Assembly: GCA_036835225.1 (NCBI GenBank)
Contig: DAITMI010000002.1
Location: 479-64,478 of the forward strand
Length of the DNA: 64,000 nucleotides
Reading direction: 5' to 3'
Origin: Rhodoferax sp.
GTDB taxonomy: Bacteria; Pseudomonadota; Gammaproteobacteria; Burkholderiales; Burkholderiaceae_C
The notes under the pieces were generated by a model that saw nothing but the letters and a program-made list of their open reading frames with translations, was not told where the DNA came from and did not search any database. Numbering within the stretch: position 1 is the first letter of the stretch; each line of letters starts with the position of its first letter. This document shows, piece by piece, positions 43,086 to 52,763 of this stretch. Made by a program: the position numbers and the translations under genes.

Positions 43086-45815
43086 GTGACGACATCGTCG
43101 ATACGCACCTATCTCCTGCTGCTGGTCCTGGCCGTGTCCGTCCCACTGGTGGCGGTCGTCGGAATTGGCATCTATGCCGACATGCAGCAGGCAATCGCCC
43201 AGACCAAGACCTCGCTGCGAATGCTGACCAGCAGGATGGTCAGCCACACGGGCGGCAAGATCGCCAATGCCCGCCAGATTCTCGATCGCATCGCGGTGCG
43301 CCCGATCGTCAGACAAATGGACCCCAATCACTGTGACGCGGCCCTGAAAGACCTGCATAGCCTGAATCCGGGCTACACCAATGTCGGCTACTCGAATCTG
43401 GCGGGCGTGGTGGTCTGCTCGGCGCTGCCACAGCCGGGCGGCAAGATGGTCAATTACGGGACAACGCCGTCCTTCCAGAAATTCCTGAAGGAGCGGCGCT
43501 TCAGCGTCGGGCAGCCAGTTTTCGGTTCGATCAGCGGCAAGTGGATCTCCATTCTGAGAGAACCGATCTGGAACGAGCAGCAGGAAATGGTCGGCGGGAT
43601 TCATCTTCCTCTCGACTTGGCGACACTGGACCCCAATATCCCCGCCCAGTTCCTGCCGGCCGAGGTTCGCTATGGCTTCTTCAGTGGCGACGGAAGTCTG
43701 ATCTGGCGCAATCGCGACCCGGAGAGCAGCATCGGCACCCGACCCAACTCGGACGCGGCGCGGCGGATTGTGGAGCTCCGGGACGGGGAATTCGAGAGTC
43801 AGGGGGTTGACGGCGTCAGGCGTTTCTATTCCGTCATGCCGATTCCGGAGACCGGATGGGTGGCCTACGTGGGTGTACCTGCGCACACGGTTTTCGCCGC
43901 AGCCAGGCAGCGCGCCATAGCCGCAGCGGCCGTCGCGCTGGCCGCGATGGTCTCGGTGCTACTGATGGCCCTGGTCATCGCGCGTCGGATCGCCAGTCCG
44001 GTGGCGGAACTGGAACGAGCCGCGCGTGCAGTCCGCGCTGGCGACCTCGGGGTCAGGGCCTCGGTGGGCGGGCCACGTGAGATCGCGGCGGTCGCACAGG
44101 AATTCAACGCCCTGATCGCAGCCCAACAGCGCAGCGACGCGCAACTGCGCATTGCCGCGACAGCGTTCGAGTCGCAGGAAGGCATGTTGATCACCGACGC
44201 CAACGATGTGATTCTGCAGGTCAATCGTGCCTTCACCAACATCACGGGCTATACGGACGAGGAAGTCGTGGGTCAGACGTCGCGCCTGCTGCGCTCGGAT
44301 CGTCAAAGTCCGGACTTTTATGCCGAGATGTGGGCGCTCATCAAGGACACGGGCGGCTGGCAGGGTGAAATCTGGGGTCGGCGCAAGAATGGCGAAATCT
44401 ATCCCAAATGGCTGAGCATCACGGCGGTGAAATCGGACGACGGCGTCGTCACCCACTACGTTGACACCGAGATCGACATTACCGCGCGCAAGGCCGCCGA
44501 GAACGAAATCACGCACCTCGCCTTCTACGACCACCTGACCCGGCTGCCGAACCGGCGCCTGCTGCTGGACCGGCTGCAACAGGCGCTGACCGCCAGTACG
44601 CGAACGACGCATCGCGGAGCGGTGCTGCTGATTGATCTGGACAACTTCAAGACGCTGAACGACACCCGCGGTCACGACAAGGGCGACCTGCTGCTGCAGC
44701 AGGTGGCGCAACGGCTGGTCACCTGTGTCCGCGAGGGTGATACCGTGGCGCGTCTGGGCGGCGACGAGTTTGTGGTGTTGCTCGAAGGTCTGGGCGAACA
44801 TCCCGACGAAGCGGCGACGCAGACCGAAGCGGTGGGCGAGAAAATTCTGGCCACGCTGAATCAGCCCTACCGGCTCGCCGGCTACGAAATTCGCAGCACC
44901 CCAAGCATCGGTGTCACCCTGTTTAGCGGCCACCAGACCTCCATCGACGAACTGCTGAAGCAGGCCGATCTGGCCATGTACCAGTCCAAGACCGCCGGGC
45001 GCAATACCTTGCGCTTCTTCGATCCAGCGATGCAGGCCATGGTGACCGAGCACGCCGCCCTGGAGGTGGACCTGCGCGAGGCGGTGAAGCAAGGGCAGTT
45101 CACGCTTCACTACCAGGCGCAGGTCGTCGGTGACGGCCGCCTGACCGGCGCCGAGGCACTGGTGCGCTGGCAGCATCCGCAGCGCGGCCTGGTGTCGCCG
45201 GCCGCGTTCATCCCGCTGGCCGAGGAAACCGGCTTGATCTTGCCGCTGGGCCACTGGGTGCTGGAAACGGCCTGCGCCCAGTTGGCGACATGGGCTAGGC
45301 AGCCGAACACGGCCCAACTCTTTCTGGCGGTGAACGTCAGTGCCAACCAGTTGCACCAGGCCGACTTTGTGGACCAGGTACTGGCTGTACTTAGCAGCAC
45401 GGGGGCGAATCCGAAAAGGCTCAAGCTGGAACTGACCGAGAGCCTGCTGGTGTCCGATGTGGAAAACACCATTGCCAAGATGGCGGCGCTGAAGGCGCAC
45501 GGTGTCGGGTTCTCCCTGGACGACTTTGGCACGGGCTATTCGTCGTTGTCGTACCTGAAACGACTGCCACTGGATCAACTGAAAATCGACCAGGGTTTCG
45601 TCAGGGACATCCTGATTGATCCGAATGATGCCGCCATTGCCAAGATGATCATCGCCCTGGCCGAAAGCATGGGGCTTACCGTCCTCGCCGAGGGGGTGGA
45701 AACCGAGGCCCAGAGGGCATTCGTGGCCCGCCTGGGCTGCCATGCCTATCAGGGCTATCTGTTCAGCCGCCCGCTGCCGCTGGACGAATTCGAGGTGTTT
45801 TTGAAGCGGGTTTGA
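43086..45815 (+). CDS. Cache-HAMP-PAS-GGDEF-EAL diguanylate cyclase/phosphodiesterase
   Basis: Two TMs, HAMP, PAS/PAC, GGDEF, EAL and DDFGTG motifs all intact. Confidence 0.93.
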   Translation: MTTSSIRTYLLLLVLAVSVPLVAVVGIGIYADMQQAIAQTKTSLRMLTSRMVSHTGGKIANARQILDRIAVRPIVRQMDPNHCDAALKDLHSLNPGYTNVGYSNLAGVVVCSALPQPGGKMVNYGTTPSFQKFLKERRFSVGQPVFGSISGKWISILREPIWNEQQEMVGGIHLPLDLATLDPNIPAQFLPAEVRYGFFSGDGSLIWRNRDPESSIGTRPNSDAARRIVELRDGEFESQGVDGVRRFYSVMPIPETGWVAYVGVPAHTVFAAARQRAIAAAAVALAAMVSVLLMALVIARRIASPVAELERAARAVRAGDLGVRASVGGPREIAAVAQEFNALIAAQQRSDAQLRIAATAFESQEGMLITDANDVILQVNRAFTNITGYTDEEVVGQTSRLLRSDRQSPDFYAEMWALIKDTGGWQGEIWGRRKNGEIYPKWLSITAVKSDDGVVTHYVDTEIDITARKAAENEITHLAFYDHLTRLPNRRLLLDRLQQALTASTRTTHRGAVLLIDLDNFKTLNDTRGHDKGDLLLQQVAQRLVTCVREGDTVARLGGDEFVVLLEGLGEHPDEAATQTEAVGEKILATLNQPYRLAGYEIRSTPSIGVTLFSGHQTSIDELLKQADLAMYQSKTAGRNTLRFFDPAMQAMVTEHAALEVDLREAVKQGQFTLHYQAQVVGDGRLTGAEALVRWQHPQRGLVSPAAFIPLAEETGLILPLGHWVLETACAQLATWARQPNTAQLFLAVNVSANQLHQADFVDQVLAVLSSTGANPKRLKLELTESLLVSDVENTIAKMAALKAHGVGFSLDDFGTGYSSLSYLKRLPLDQLKIDQGFVRDILIDPNDAAIAKMIIALAESMGLTVLAEGVETEAQRAFVARLGCHAYQGYLFSRPLPLDEFEVFLKRV

Positions 45816-46087
45816 CACATGTCTCCCGGACCGCGAATGTGACGTATGTTCGGTGACCGCACAGGCCGAGGGTAGGCGTCTGCGTTTTCTCACTGCGCCA
45901 TGTCGCCTTTGGCACCCCTGCTCAAATTGGCGTTGGCGGTTCGCGACTGCGCTGGCCAGGCAAGCAGCACCAAGGTCATCGCCGCTGGAGAAGAATGGCG
46001 TCCAGCGGCGGGACAATATTCCAGCCGTTTCAGAGGCACAGCCGCAAGGCTGCCTTTGACCCATTTTCCCGTGTCAGGAGCGACCCC

Positions 46088-47518
46088 ATGCAGAGCACAC
46101 ATTCGAACGCCACCATCACCGCCGACATCGCGGTGATCGGTGCCGGCACCGCAGGTCTGACGGCATTCCACGAAATTTCACGCGCCGGATGCGCCGTTCT
46201 GTTGATCGATCGCGGCCCTTTGGGTACCACTTGCGCACGCGTGGGCTGCATGCCATCGAAAGCGGTTCTGCATGCGGGTGAGCAATGGGCAACCTTGTCC
46301 CAGCTTGCCCCCGCTGGCACAGCTTCAGCCAGTCAGACGCCAGATAGCCTGTGGCAGCACGCGCGCACCACGCGCGATCGCCTTACCCAGGGAACCGTCG
46401 AGCGTACCGTGACCGATGCCGGCGATCGGCTGATCATGGGGGAAGCGCGCTTCCTGGACGCCCAGACCCTCGATGTCGGTGGCCGGCGCATCTCAGCAAA
46501 AGCCTTCGTGATTGCGACCGGATCACGGCCCGTCGTGCCCAAATTTTTGGCGCATCTGGGCGCACGAGTCGTGACCACGGATACCTTGTTTGAACTCGAC
46601 AAACTGCCGCGCAGCATCGGCGTTCTGGGGCTTGGTGCGATCGGCCTGGAAATGGGACTGGCTTTGGCGAGACTCGGCGTGCGCGTGGTGGCGGGCGACT
46701 TGAAGTCCACGCCCGCAGGCATCACGGACCCCGAAGTCAGGGTACGTGCACTGGCGCTGTTCAGCGGAGAACTGACGACCTGGCTGGGCCGTCCGGTCGA
46801 AGTAGAGGCCGTTGGTGACGCGCTGCGCATGCATAGCGGTGAAGCGTCGGCCACGGTTGATCTGGTGCTCGCCGCGCTTGGGCGCCAGCCCAACGTCGAG
46901 CAGCTCGACCTTGCCAAGGCCGGCGTCACGCTGGACAGCCATGGGCAACCTGTCGTTGATGCTGCAAGCCTGCGCGCGGCAGGCACGGCGGCCGTTTTTC
47001 TGGCTGGCGATGTCAGTCCGGATCGGCCCTTGATGCATGAGGCCGTGGACGAAGGGGTGATGGCCGCGCGTGGCGCCTTGCATTCACTTGGCAAAGGCAT
47101 TGAGAAAGCAATTCCGGCCCGCCGAGCGGCCATGTCGATCGTGTTCAGCAACCCGGACGTTGCAGCGGTGGGGATGGCGTATGACCGCCTCGACCTGTCG
47201 CGCACAGTGATTGGTACGGCCCAAGGCTCAGGCAACGGGCGTTCGCGCATTCTGGGCGCCGAAGGTAATCTGGTGCGGGTGTATGTGGACCGGCACAGCG
47301 GCATGTTGCTGGGCGCCGCACTTGTCGCCGTGAAGGGAGAGCATCTGGCGCACGCACTGGCGTGGGCGGTACAACGCGGCGACACGGTTAAGACACTGTT
47401 GGCGATGCCGTATTACCATCCCAGCATCGAGGAAATGCTTCAGTCCGCGTTGAAAGATGCGGCGAAGCAGATGGCGTCGGACACAAGCGGCGGACCCGGT
47501 GCCGCTGTGGCACCGTAG
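46088..47518 (+). CDS. Stand-alone dihydrolipoyl dehydrogenase-family disulfide oxidoreductase
   Basis: IGAGTAG, TTCARVGCMPSK, GLGAIGLE, YHPSIEE. Confidence 0.87.
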   Translation: MQSTHSNATITADIAVIGAGTAGLTAFHEISRAGCAVLLIDRGPLGTTCARVGCMPSKAVLHAGEQWATLSQLAPAGTASASQTPDSLWQHARTTRDRLTQGTVERTVTDAGDRLIMGEARFLDAQTLDVGGRRISAKAFVIATGSRPVVPKFLAHLGARVVTTDTLFELDKLPRSIGVLGLGAIGLEMGLALARLGVRVVAGDLKSTPAGITDPEVRVRALALFSGELTTWLGRPVEVEAVGDALRMHSGEASATVDLVLAALGRQPNVEQLDLAKAGVTLDSHGQPVVDAASLRAAGTAAVFLAGDVSPDRPLMHEAVDEGVMAARGALHSLGKGIEKAIPARRAAMSIVFSNPDVAAVGMAYDRLDLSRTVIGTAQGSGNGRSRILGAEGNLVRVYVDRHSGMLLGAALVAVKGEHLAHALAWAVQRGDTVKTLLAMPYYHPSIEEMLQSALKDAAKQMASDTSGGPGAAVAP

Positions 47519-47538
47519 CCGTCACAGGCGCGCTTCTT

Positions 47539-48735
47539 TTAGCGCGCCGCCACGCTCACCCCCTCCCGCACCCGATCATCAGGATGATTGATCACCTGTT
47601 CGCCCGCCTCAATGCCAGCGACGACCTGGGCGCTCAAGCCGGTGCGCTGGCCGATCTCCACCCGGCGTTTGACTGCCTTGCCCTGCGCCACCACGAAGAC
47701 GGCCCAGCCGTCGCCGTCACGAAATAGCGCGCTGGCCGGGATTTGCAGGATGTCCTGGCCTTCCCACACGATGAAGCTGGCTTCGACGCGGTAGCCGTCG
47801 CCCAGGCGTTGCCATTGGGTGGGGGGCGAGGTGAAGGCGACGATGACCCAGACGCGCTGCTCTTCCACGCCCAGGGCCGAGACCTTGGTAAAGCCAACGG
47901 GCTCAATCAGACGCACCACGCCTTCGAGCGCGCCCTCACCGCCCCAACGCTCAAACACGACGCGGGTGCCGGGATGGATGCCCACGGCATCGGCCGACAA
48001 CAGGTCCACTTCAACCTCCAGTGCGCTCGGGTTCCCGATCTCGACCAGCGGCTGGCCGCTGGCCACTGTGCCTTCGCTCTTGTGCAGTATCTTCAGCACC
48101 CGTCCGGCCACCGGAGCCCGCACCGTCACCAGCTCAGTGCTGCTGGCGCGGCCGGCGTATTGCAGCGTGGTGCGGGCCGCTTCGAGTTCGTGGCGCGCGG
48201 TGGCGACGGCAAATTTCGCCGAGCGCAGTTCCGCCGTGCTGCGCTGCGCCTCGCTGGCAGCGCGGTCCTCGGCCGCGACGCTGACGTGCCCCTGCAGGCG
48301 CAGCGCGCGCACGCGTTGCAGTTCGGTTTGCGCCAGCTCGGCATTGCTGGCGCTCGCGTTGCTGCGCTGCGCGGCGGCGCTGACGCCGGCTTGCGCGGCG
48401 GCGATGCGGGCCTGGGCTTCGGCGCGGCGGCGCGGGTCCAGCGCCTCGGCGCGCAGAGGCTCCAGTTCGGCCAGGATGGCGCCGCGCTCGACCGCATGGC
48501 CCACTTCGAACCGGACGCGGCGGGCGTAGCCGGTCACGGGCGCGGTGACCACATAGCGGTCCAGCACCCGCGTGCGCCCCTCCTGCTCCAGCACGACCCG
48601 CAGCGCGGCACGGCTGGCGGTTCCGATGTCCACTTCGACCGCCTGGGAGCGAAACGCCCAGAGCAAACCCGCGACGACCAGAACGGCGAGCAGGCCCAGC
48701 ACGCTTCGACGGCGCCATTGCACATTGTTTTTCAT
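47539..48735 (-). CDS. Efflux periplasmic adaptor (HlyD/MacA type)
   Basis: N-terminal anchor, VTAPVTG, VRAPVAG, KVSALGVEEQRV. Confidence 0.9.
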   Translation of the reverse strand: MKNNVQWRRRSVLGLLAVLVVAGLLWAFRSQAVEVDIGTASRAALRVVLEQEGRTRVLDRYVVTAPVTGYARRVRFEVGHAVERGAILAELEPLRAEALDPRRRAEAQARIAAAQAGVSAAAQRSNASASNAELAQTELQRVRALRLQGHVSVAAEDRAASEAQRSTAELRSAKFAVATARHELEAARTTLQYAGRASSTELVTVRAPVAGRVLKILHKSEGTVASGQPLVEIGNPSALEVEVDLLSADAVGIHPGTRVVFERWGGEGALEGVVRLIEPVGFTKVSALGVEEQRVWVIVAFTSPPTQWQRLGDGYRVEASFIVWEGQDILQIPASALFRDGDGWAVFVVAQGKAVKRRVEIGQRTGLSAQVVAGIEAGEQVINHPDDRVREGVSVAAR

Positions 48736-48739
48736 AGTG

Positions 48740-51112
48740 TCACTCCGCCGACTTCAGGACGGCAATCAGGTCAAGTTGATCCAGCAGGCGGCGCACCGCC
48801 AGGCCCGACAGCAGCGCGGAGACCAGCACCACCGTGCAGGCAAAGGCATAGGTTCGGGGCGCCAGAATCACGGGCACGCGAAACAAGTCGTTTTGCATCG
48901 CCTGGGCGATGTAGTAACAGAGCCCTTCTCCCAGCCACAGACCCAGCGGGATAGCGAGCAGGGTCAGCAGGCCGAGCTCACCGAGCAGGATGTAGGCAAC
49001 CTCGGCGCGGGTGAAACCCAGCACCCGCAGGCTACCGAGTTCGCGCCCGCGCTCGGTCAGCCCAATGCGGGCGCTGTTGTAGATCACACCAAAGGCGATG
49101 ATGACGGAAAACACGGTGGCGACGTAGGTGAAGAACAGCATGGTCTCCTCCATCACGCGGTTGAAATTGCGGATCTCCTGCACCCGCTCGGCCACCCCGG
49201 CGATGCGCGGCATGCCCTTCAACCGTGTGTAGAGCGGGGCCAGCTGGGCGCTGTCGATGCTGAGATAGGCGCCCGAGATCGTCGGGCCTTCCTGCATGAA
49301 CTGGTTCAGTGCCGCGAGGTGCATGTAGCCCGACACCCCCAGATACTCCCTGACCACAGCGGCCACGGTGGCCTCGCGCACCGGCCGATTGCCTTCCAGC
49401 ACTTCCACCGTCAGGCGGTCGCCCACCCGCACATCCAGCAACGTGGCGAGATAGTCGGTGAGCAGGATACCCTCCGCCGGCAAGGCAACGGGCCGCAGGT
49501 CGACATCAAGCACCCGCCCAATGTCACCACCCGGCTCCACACCGCGAATGCCGGTGCGATAACTCAGATGCCCATGACGCAGCCGCACCGGCACGGCACG
49601 AAACACTTCCACATGCTGCACCCCCGGCAGGCCGAGCAAGTCGAAGCGGGCGCGGTAGGCGGTGGGATCGGTGAAGGTCACCGACAAATCCTCGCGCTGG
49701 GCCATGCCGAACTGGACGTTGAGCATATAGCTGACGGTCTCGCGCTGAAACAGGCCGGTCAGGGTGATGCCGCACGCCATGGCAATACCCAGCACCGTGA
49801 GCATGGATTTCAAGGCCCGGCGCTGGATGTGGCGGATGATCATGCGCAGGGGTGGCGACAGCCAGCGCTTGAGGCCCATTTGCTCGATCCATGTCTCGCG
49901 ATAGATCGCGGGCGGCTCAGGCCGCATTGCCTCCGCCGGCCGTAAGGTGGCGGCCCGCCAGACCGCAAACACCGTCCCCGTCCCGGCCGCCAGCAGGCTG
50001 GCCGCTGCAGCCTCCAGCACCGTATCGGGCTGCAGGCTGAACATCAAATAGGGGAAGTGATAAAACTGGATGTAGATGCCGGACAGCACCTGGCCCAGCC
50101 ACATCCCCAGTGCCGTACCGCCAACAACACCCAGTACCACGATAGCCGAGACCATGCGCAGGTAATGCCACAGCACAGCGAGATTGTTGTAGCCAAAGGC
50201 CTTGAGGATGGCGATTTGCTCGCGCTGCATGGCCACCAGTCGCCCGATCACCACGTTAAGCAGGAAGGCGGCGATGCCCATGAACATGACCGGAAAAAGA
50301 TTCGCCAGGATGCCGAGCTGCTCCAGCTCCTGGCTGAGAAAACGGTGCGAGCGTTGATCCTTTCGGCCATAGGCGCCCAGCCCGCCGTAGGGCTTGAGCA
50401 GTTCGTCGACGCGGTCGATGACGGACTGGCTGTCCGCGCCCGGGCGCAGGCTCAGGGCTAGATCATTGAACGCGCCCTCCATGTCGTAGGCCTGCCCCAA
50501 GGCACGACGCCCCATCCACAGCACGCCGAACCGCTTGTAGTCGGGAAAGGCCGAGCCGGGCCGCAGCTGCTGGATGAATTCCGGCGACAGCGCCGTGCCC
50601 ACCAGGCTCAAAGCGTGGCGCCGCCCATTGAGAATGGCATCAAAACGATCGCCCAGTTGCAGGCCATGCGCCTGGGCAAAAGGTGCACTCGCCACCACCT
50701 CGTCGGACCGCCCCGGCGCTGGCAGTCGCCCCTGGCGCAGATGCAGCGCATTAAGGCCATCGCGCCCACCATCGGATACCGACACCATCAAGGCGCTCAC
50801 CGGCTCGGCGAAACCCGGCATGTCCAGACGCACCGGCGCCACCACCCGCGTCTCCACCTGAGCCACGTCGGCGATGGCCTGTACCCGCGGCAACAGCACC
50901 TGCGGCGCCCGCTTCAAGCTGACAAACACCTCGGCGAAACGGTAGTCCCGGTAATAGCTGTCCTGCGTGGCGCGCAGCGACCCCAGCGTGCTGAGAAACA
51001 TGATGTAGGTGCCAACACCGCACATCACCACCAGGGCGATGGCCAGTGCCTGGCTCTTCATCTGCCACAGGTCGCGCAGGAGTTTGCGGTCGAGTGCCTT
51101 CACCCGACTCAC
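48740..51112 (-). CDS. Duplicated FtsX/MacB-type ABC permease
   Basis: LDRKLLRDLW, QREQIAILKAFGY, ERGRELGSLRVLGF. Confidence 0.9.
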   Translation of the reverse strand: MSRVKALDRKLLRDLWQMKSQALAIALVVMCGVGTYIMFLSTLGSLRATQDSYYRDYRFAEVFVSLKRAPQVLLPRVQAIADVAQVETRVVAPVRLDMPGFAEPVSALMVSVSDGGRDGLNALHLRQGRLPAPGRSDEVVASAPFAQAHGLQLGDRFDAILNGRRHALSLVGTALSPEFIQQLRPGSAFPDYKRFGVLWMGRRALGQAYDMEGAFNDLALSLRPGADSQSVIDRVDELLKPYGGLGAYGRKDQRSHRFLSQELEQLGILANLFPVMFMGIAAFLLNVVIGRLVAMQREQIAILKAFGYNNLAVLWHYLRMVSAIVVLGVVGGTALGMWLGQVLSGIYIQFYHFPYLMFSLQPDTVLEAAAASLLAAGTGTVFAVWRAATLRPAEAMRPEPPAIYRETWIEQMGLKRWLSPPLRMIIRHIQRRALKSMLTVLGIAMACGITLTGLFQRETVSYMLNVQFGMAQREDLSVTFTDPTAYRARFDLLGLPGVQHVEVFRAVPVRLRHGHLSYRTGIRGVEPGGDIGRVLDVDLRPVALPAEGILLTDYLATLLDVRVGDRLTVEVLEGNRPVREATVAAVVREYLGVSGYMHLAALNQFMQEGPTISGAYLSIDSAQLAPLYTRLKGMPRIAGVAERVQEIRNFNRVMEETMLFFTYVATVFSVIIAFGVIYNSARIGLTERGRELGSLRVLGFTRAEVAYILLGELGLLTLLAIPLGLWLGEGLCYYIAQAMQNDLFRVPVILAPRTYAFACTVVLVSALLSGLAVRRLLDQLDLIAVLKSAE

Positions 51113-51299
51113 CCCACGCGCGCTACAGCAGCTTGTTCAATATGAACCATAGGCAACCTGCCTTTGTACGGCAATGAAGGTCAGAGGAAACAACCAGTCT
51201 AGGCAGCGCCCCGCCTTGGGCGTTGATCTTTCGCAACTGGGTCGCTTCAGCGCCTTATGCCTTATCCTGCAGGTTTCCTCGCGTGCACTGGAGCTTTGT

Positions 51300-52409
51300 A
51301 TGCCCAACCCGATTCGACGTATTGCCATTTCCACCGGCGGCGGTGATGCACCCGGCCTCAATGCCGTGATCCGCGCCACGGTTTCGGCGGCGGCCAATCG
51401 CGGCTGGGCGTGTGTGGGCATCCGGGACGGCTACAACGGCATCCTGCAGCCCGAGCGCTATCCCAAGGGCGGCGTGGTGCTGCTCACGCGCGATCAGGTG
51501 CGCGGCATCTCGCACCTGGGCGGCACCATCCTGGGCACCACCAACAAGGGCGACCCGTTTCACTTTCCCACACCCCATGCCGACGGCACGATGGGCGAGA
51601 CCGACCGCTCCGACGAATTGCTGGCCTGCTTCCAGCGCGAGGGCATTGATGCCCTGGTGGCGGTCGGAGGCGATGGATCGCTCACCATTGCCAACGACTT
51701 GCATCGCAAAGGCCTGCGCGTGGTGGGGGTGCCCAAGACCATCGACAACGACCTGGACAAGACCTTCACCACTTTTGGTTTTGATACTGCCGTGTCCTTT
51801 GCCACCGAGTGCCTGGACCGCCTGCACAGCACGGCCGAGAGCCACCAGCGGATCATGGTGGTGGAGGTGATGGGACGCTATGCCGGCTGGATTGCCCTGC
51901 ATGCCGGCATCGCGGGCGGGGCGCACGCCATCCTCATCCCCGAGATTGCCTTTGATCTGGACCAGGTCGCCGCCAAGATTCGTGCGCGCGACGCGCAGGG
52001 GCGCTTGTATTCGCTGGTGGTGGTGGCCGAAGGGGCGCAGCCACAGCATGGCCAGCGCGCGGTACTGGCGCCGGCCGAAGCCGGCCACGTTGAGCGTCTG
52101 GGCGGCATTGGCGAGCAGGTGGCCCGGGAGCTGGCGCAACGCACCGGCAAGGATGCACGGGTCGTGGTACTGGGCCATTTATTGCGCGGCGGCAGCCCGA
52201 CCGCGTTTGACCGGCTTGCGGCCTTGCGCTTTGGCGCGGCGGCGGTGCGCGCGCTGGACGAAGGCCTGTCGGGCGTGATGGTGGCGCTGGGCTTTCCCAA
52301 CGTGAACTACGTCAAGCTGGAAGAGGTGGCCGGGCGCATGAAAGCGGTGCCACCCGACAGCGATACCCTGCAGACCGGGCGCGACCTGGGCGTCTGTTTC
52401 GGCGACTGA
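51300..52409 (+). CDS. pfkA: 6-phosphofructokinase (group III-like)
   Basis: TGGGDAPGLNA, GGTILGT, GGDGS, PKTIDND, VMGR; start reassigned to 51300. Confidence 0.92.
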   Translation: MPNPIRRIAISTGGGDAPGLNAVIRATVSAAANRGWACVGIRDGYNGILQPERYPKGGVVLLTRDQVRGISHLGGTILGTTNKGDPFHFPTPHADGTMGETDRSDELLACFQREGIDALVAVGGDGSLTIANDLHRKGLRVVGVPKTIDNDLDKTFTTFGFDTAVSFATECLDRLHSTAESHQRIMVVEVMGRYAGWIALHAGIAGGAHAILIPEIAFDLDQVAAKIRARDAQGRLYSLVVVAEGAQPQHGQRAVLAPAEAGHVERLGGIGEQVARELAQRTGKDARVVVLGHLLRGGSPTAFDRLAALRFGAAAVRALDEGLSGVMVALGFPNVNYVKLEEVAGRMKAVPPDSDTLQTGRDLGVCFGD

Positions 52410-52411
52410 CT

Positions 52412-52633
52412 GTGGCACGATCAACCGCAGCGGCGGGCAAATCGCTGCCACCGCACAAGGTGGCCGGCGAAATGACGATCCAATGCCTGGAGGGGAGCCT
52501 TGAAATCACGACTGAGGGCGCCGCCCAGACCTTGACAGCGAATCAACTCATGTATTTGTCGGGCGGTGCGATGCACAGCCTGCTCGCGCTTGAAGATGCC
52601 TCCGCGCTGGTCACGATTGTGTTGGGCAAGTAA
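52412..52633 (+). pseudogene. N-terminally truncated cupin
   Basis: AGKSLPPHKVAGEMTIQCLEG...HSLLALEDASALVTIVL cupin motifs begin ~8 codons after the pfk stop; the usual N-terminal part appears to be missing. Confidence 0.6.
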
Positions 52634-52763
52634 CACACCGCACACGCCGGCAGTGCCTTGCGCGCACGCCGTCCACAAATTATTTCAACCTGCCTCCGGC
52701 AGATTTCAACCTGCGCCCATCGGCCTGCCCTTACCATGCAGGCACACCAATAAGGAGACCTCC

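Noticed and set aside
43959..46064. Long antisense ORFs (701 aa here; also 27938-29761, 40069-41742, 60551-62206, 23744-25264)
   Set aside because: Shadow frames opposite well-supported genes in high-GC DNA, with no recognisable motifs
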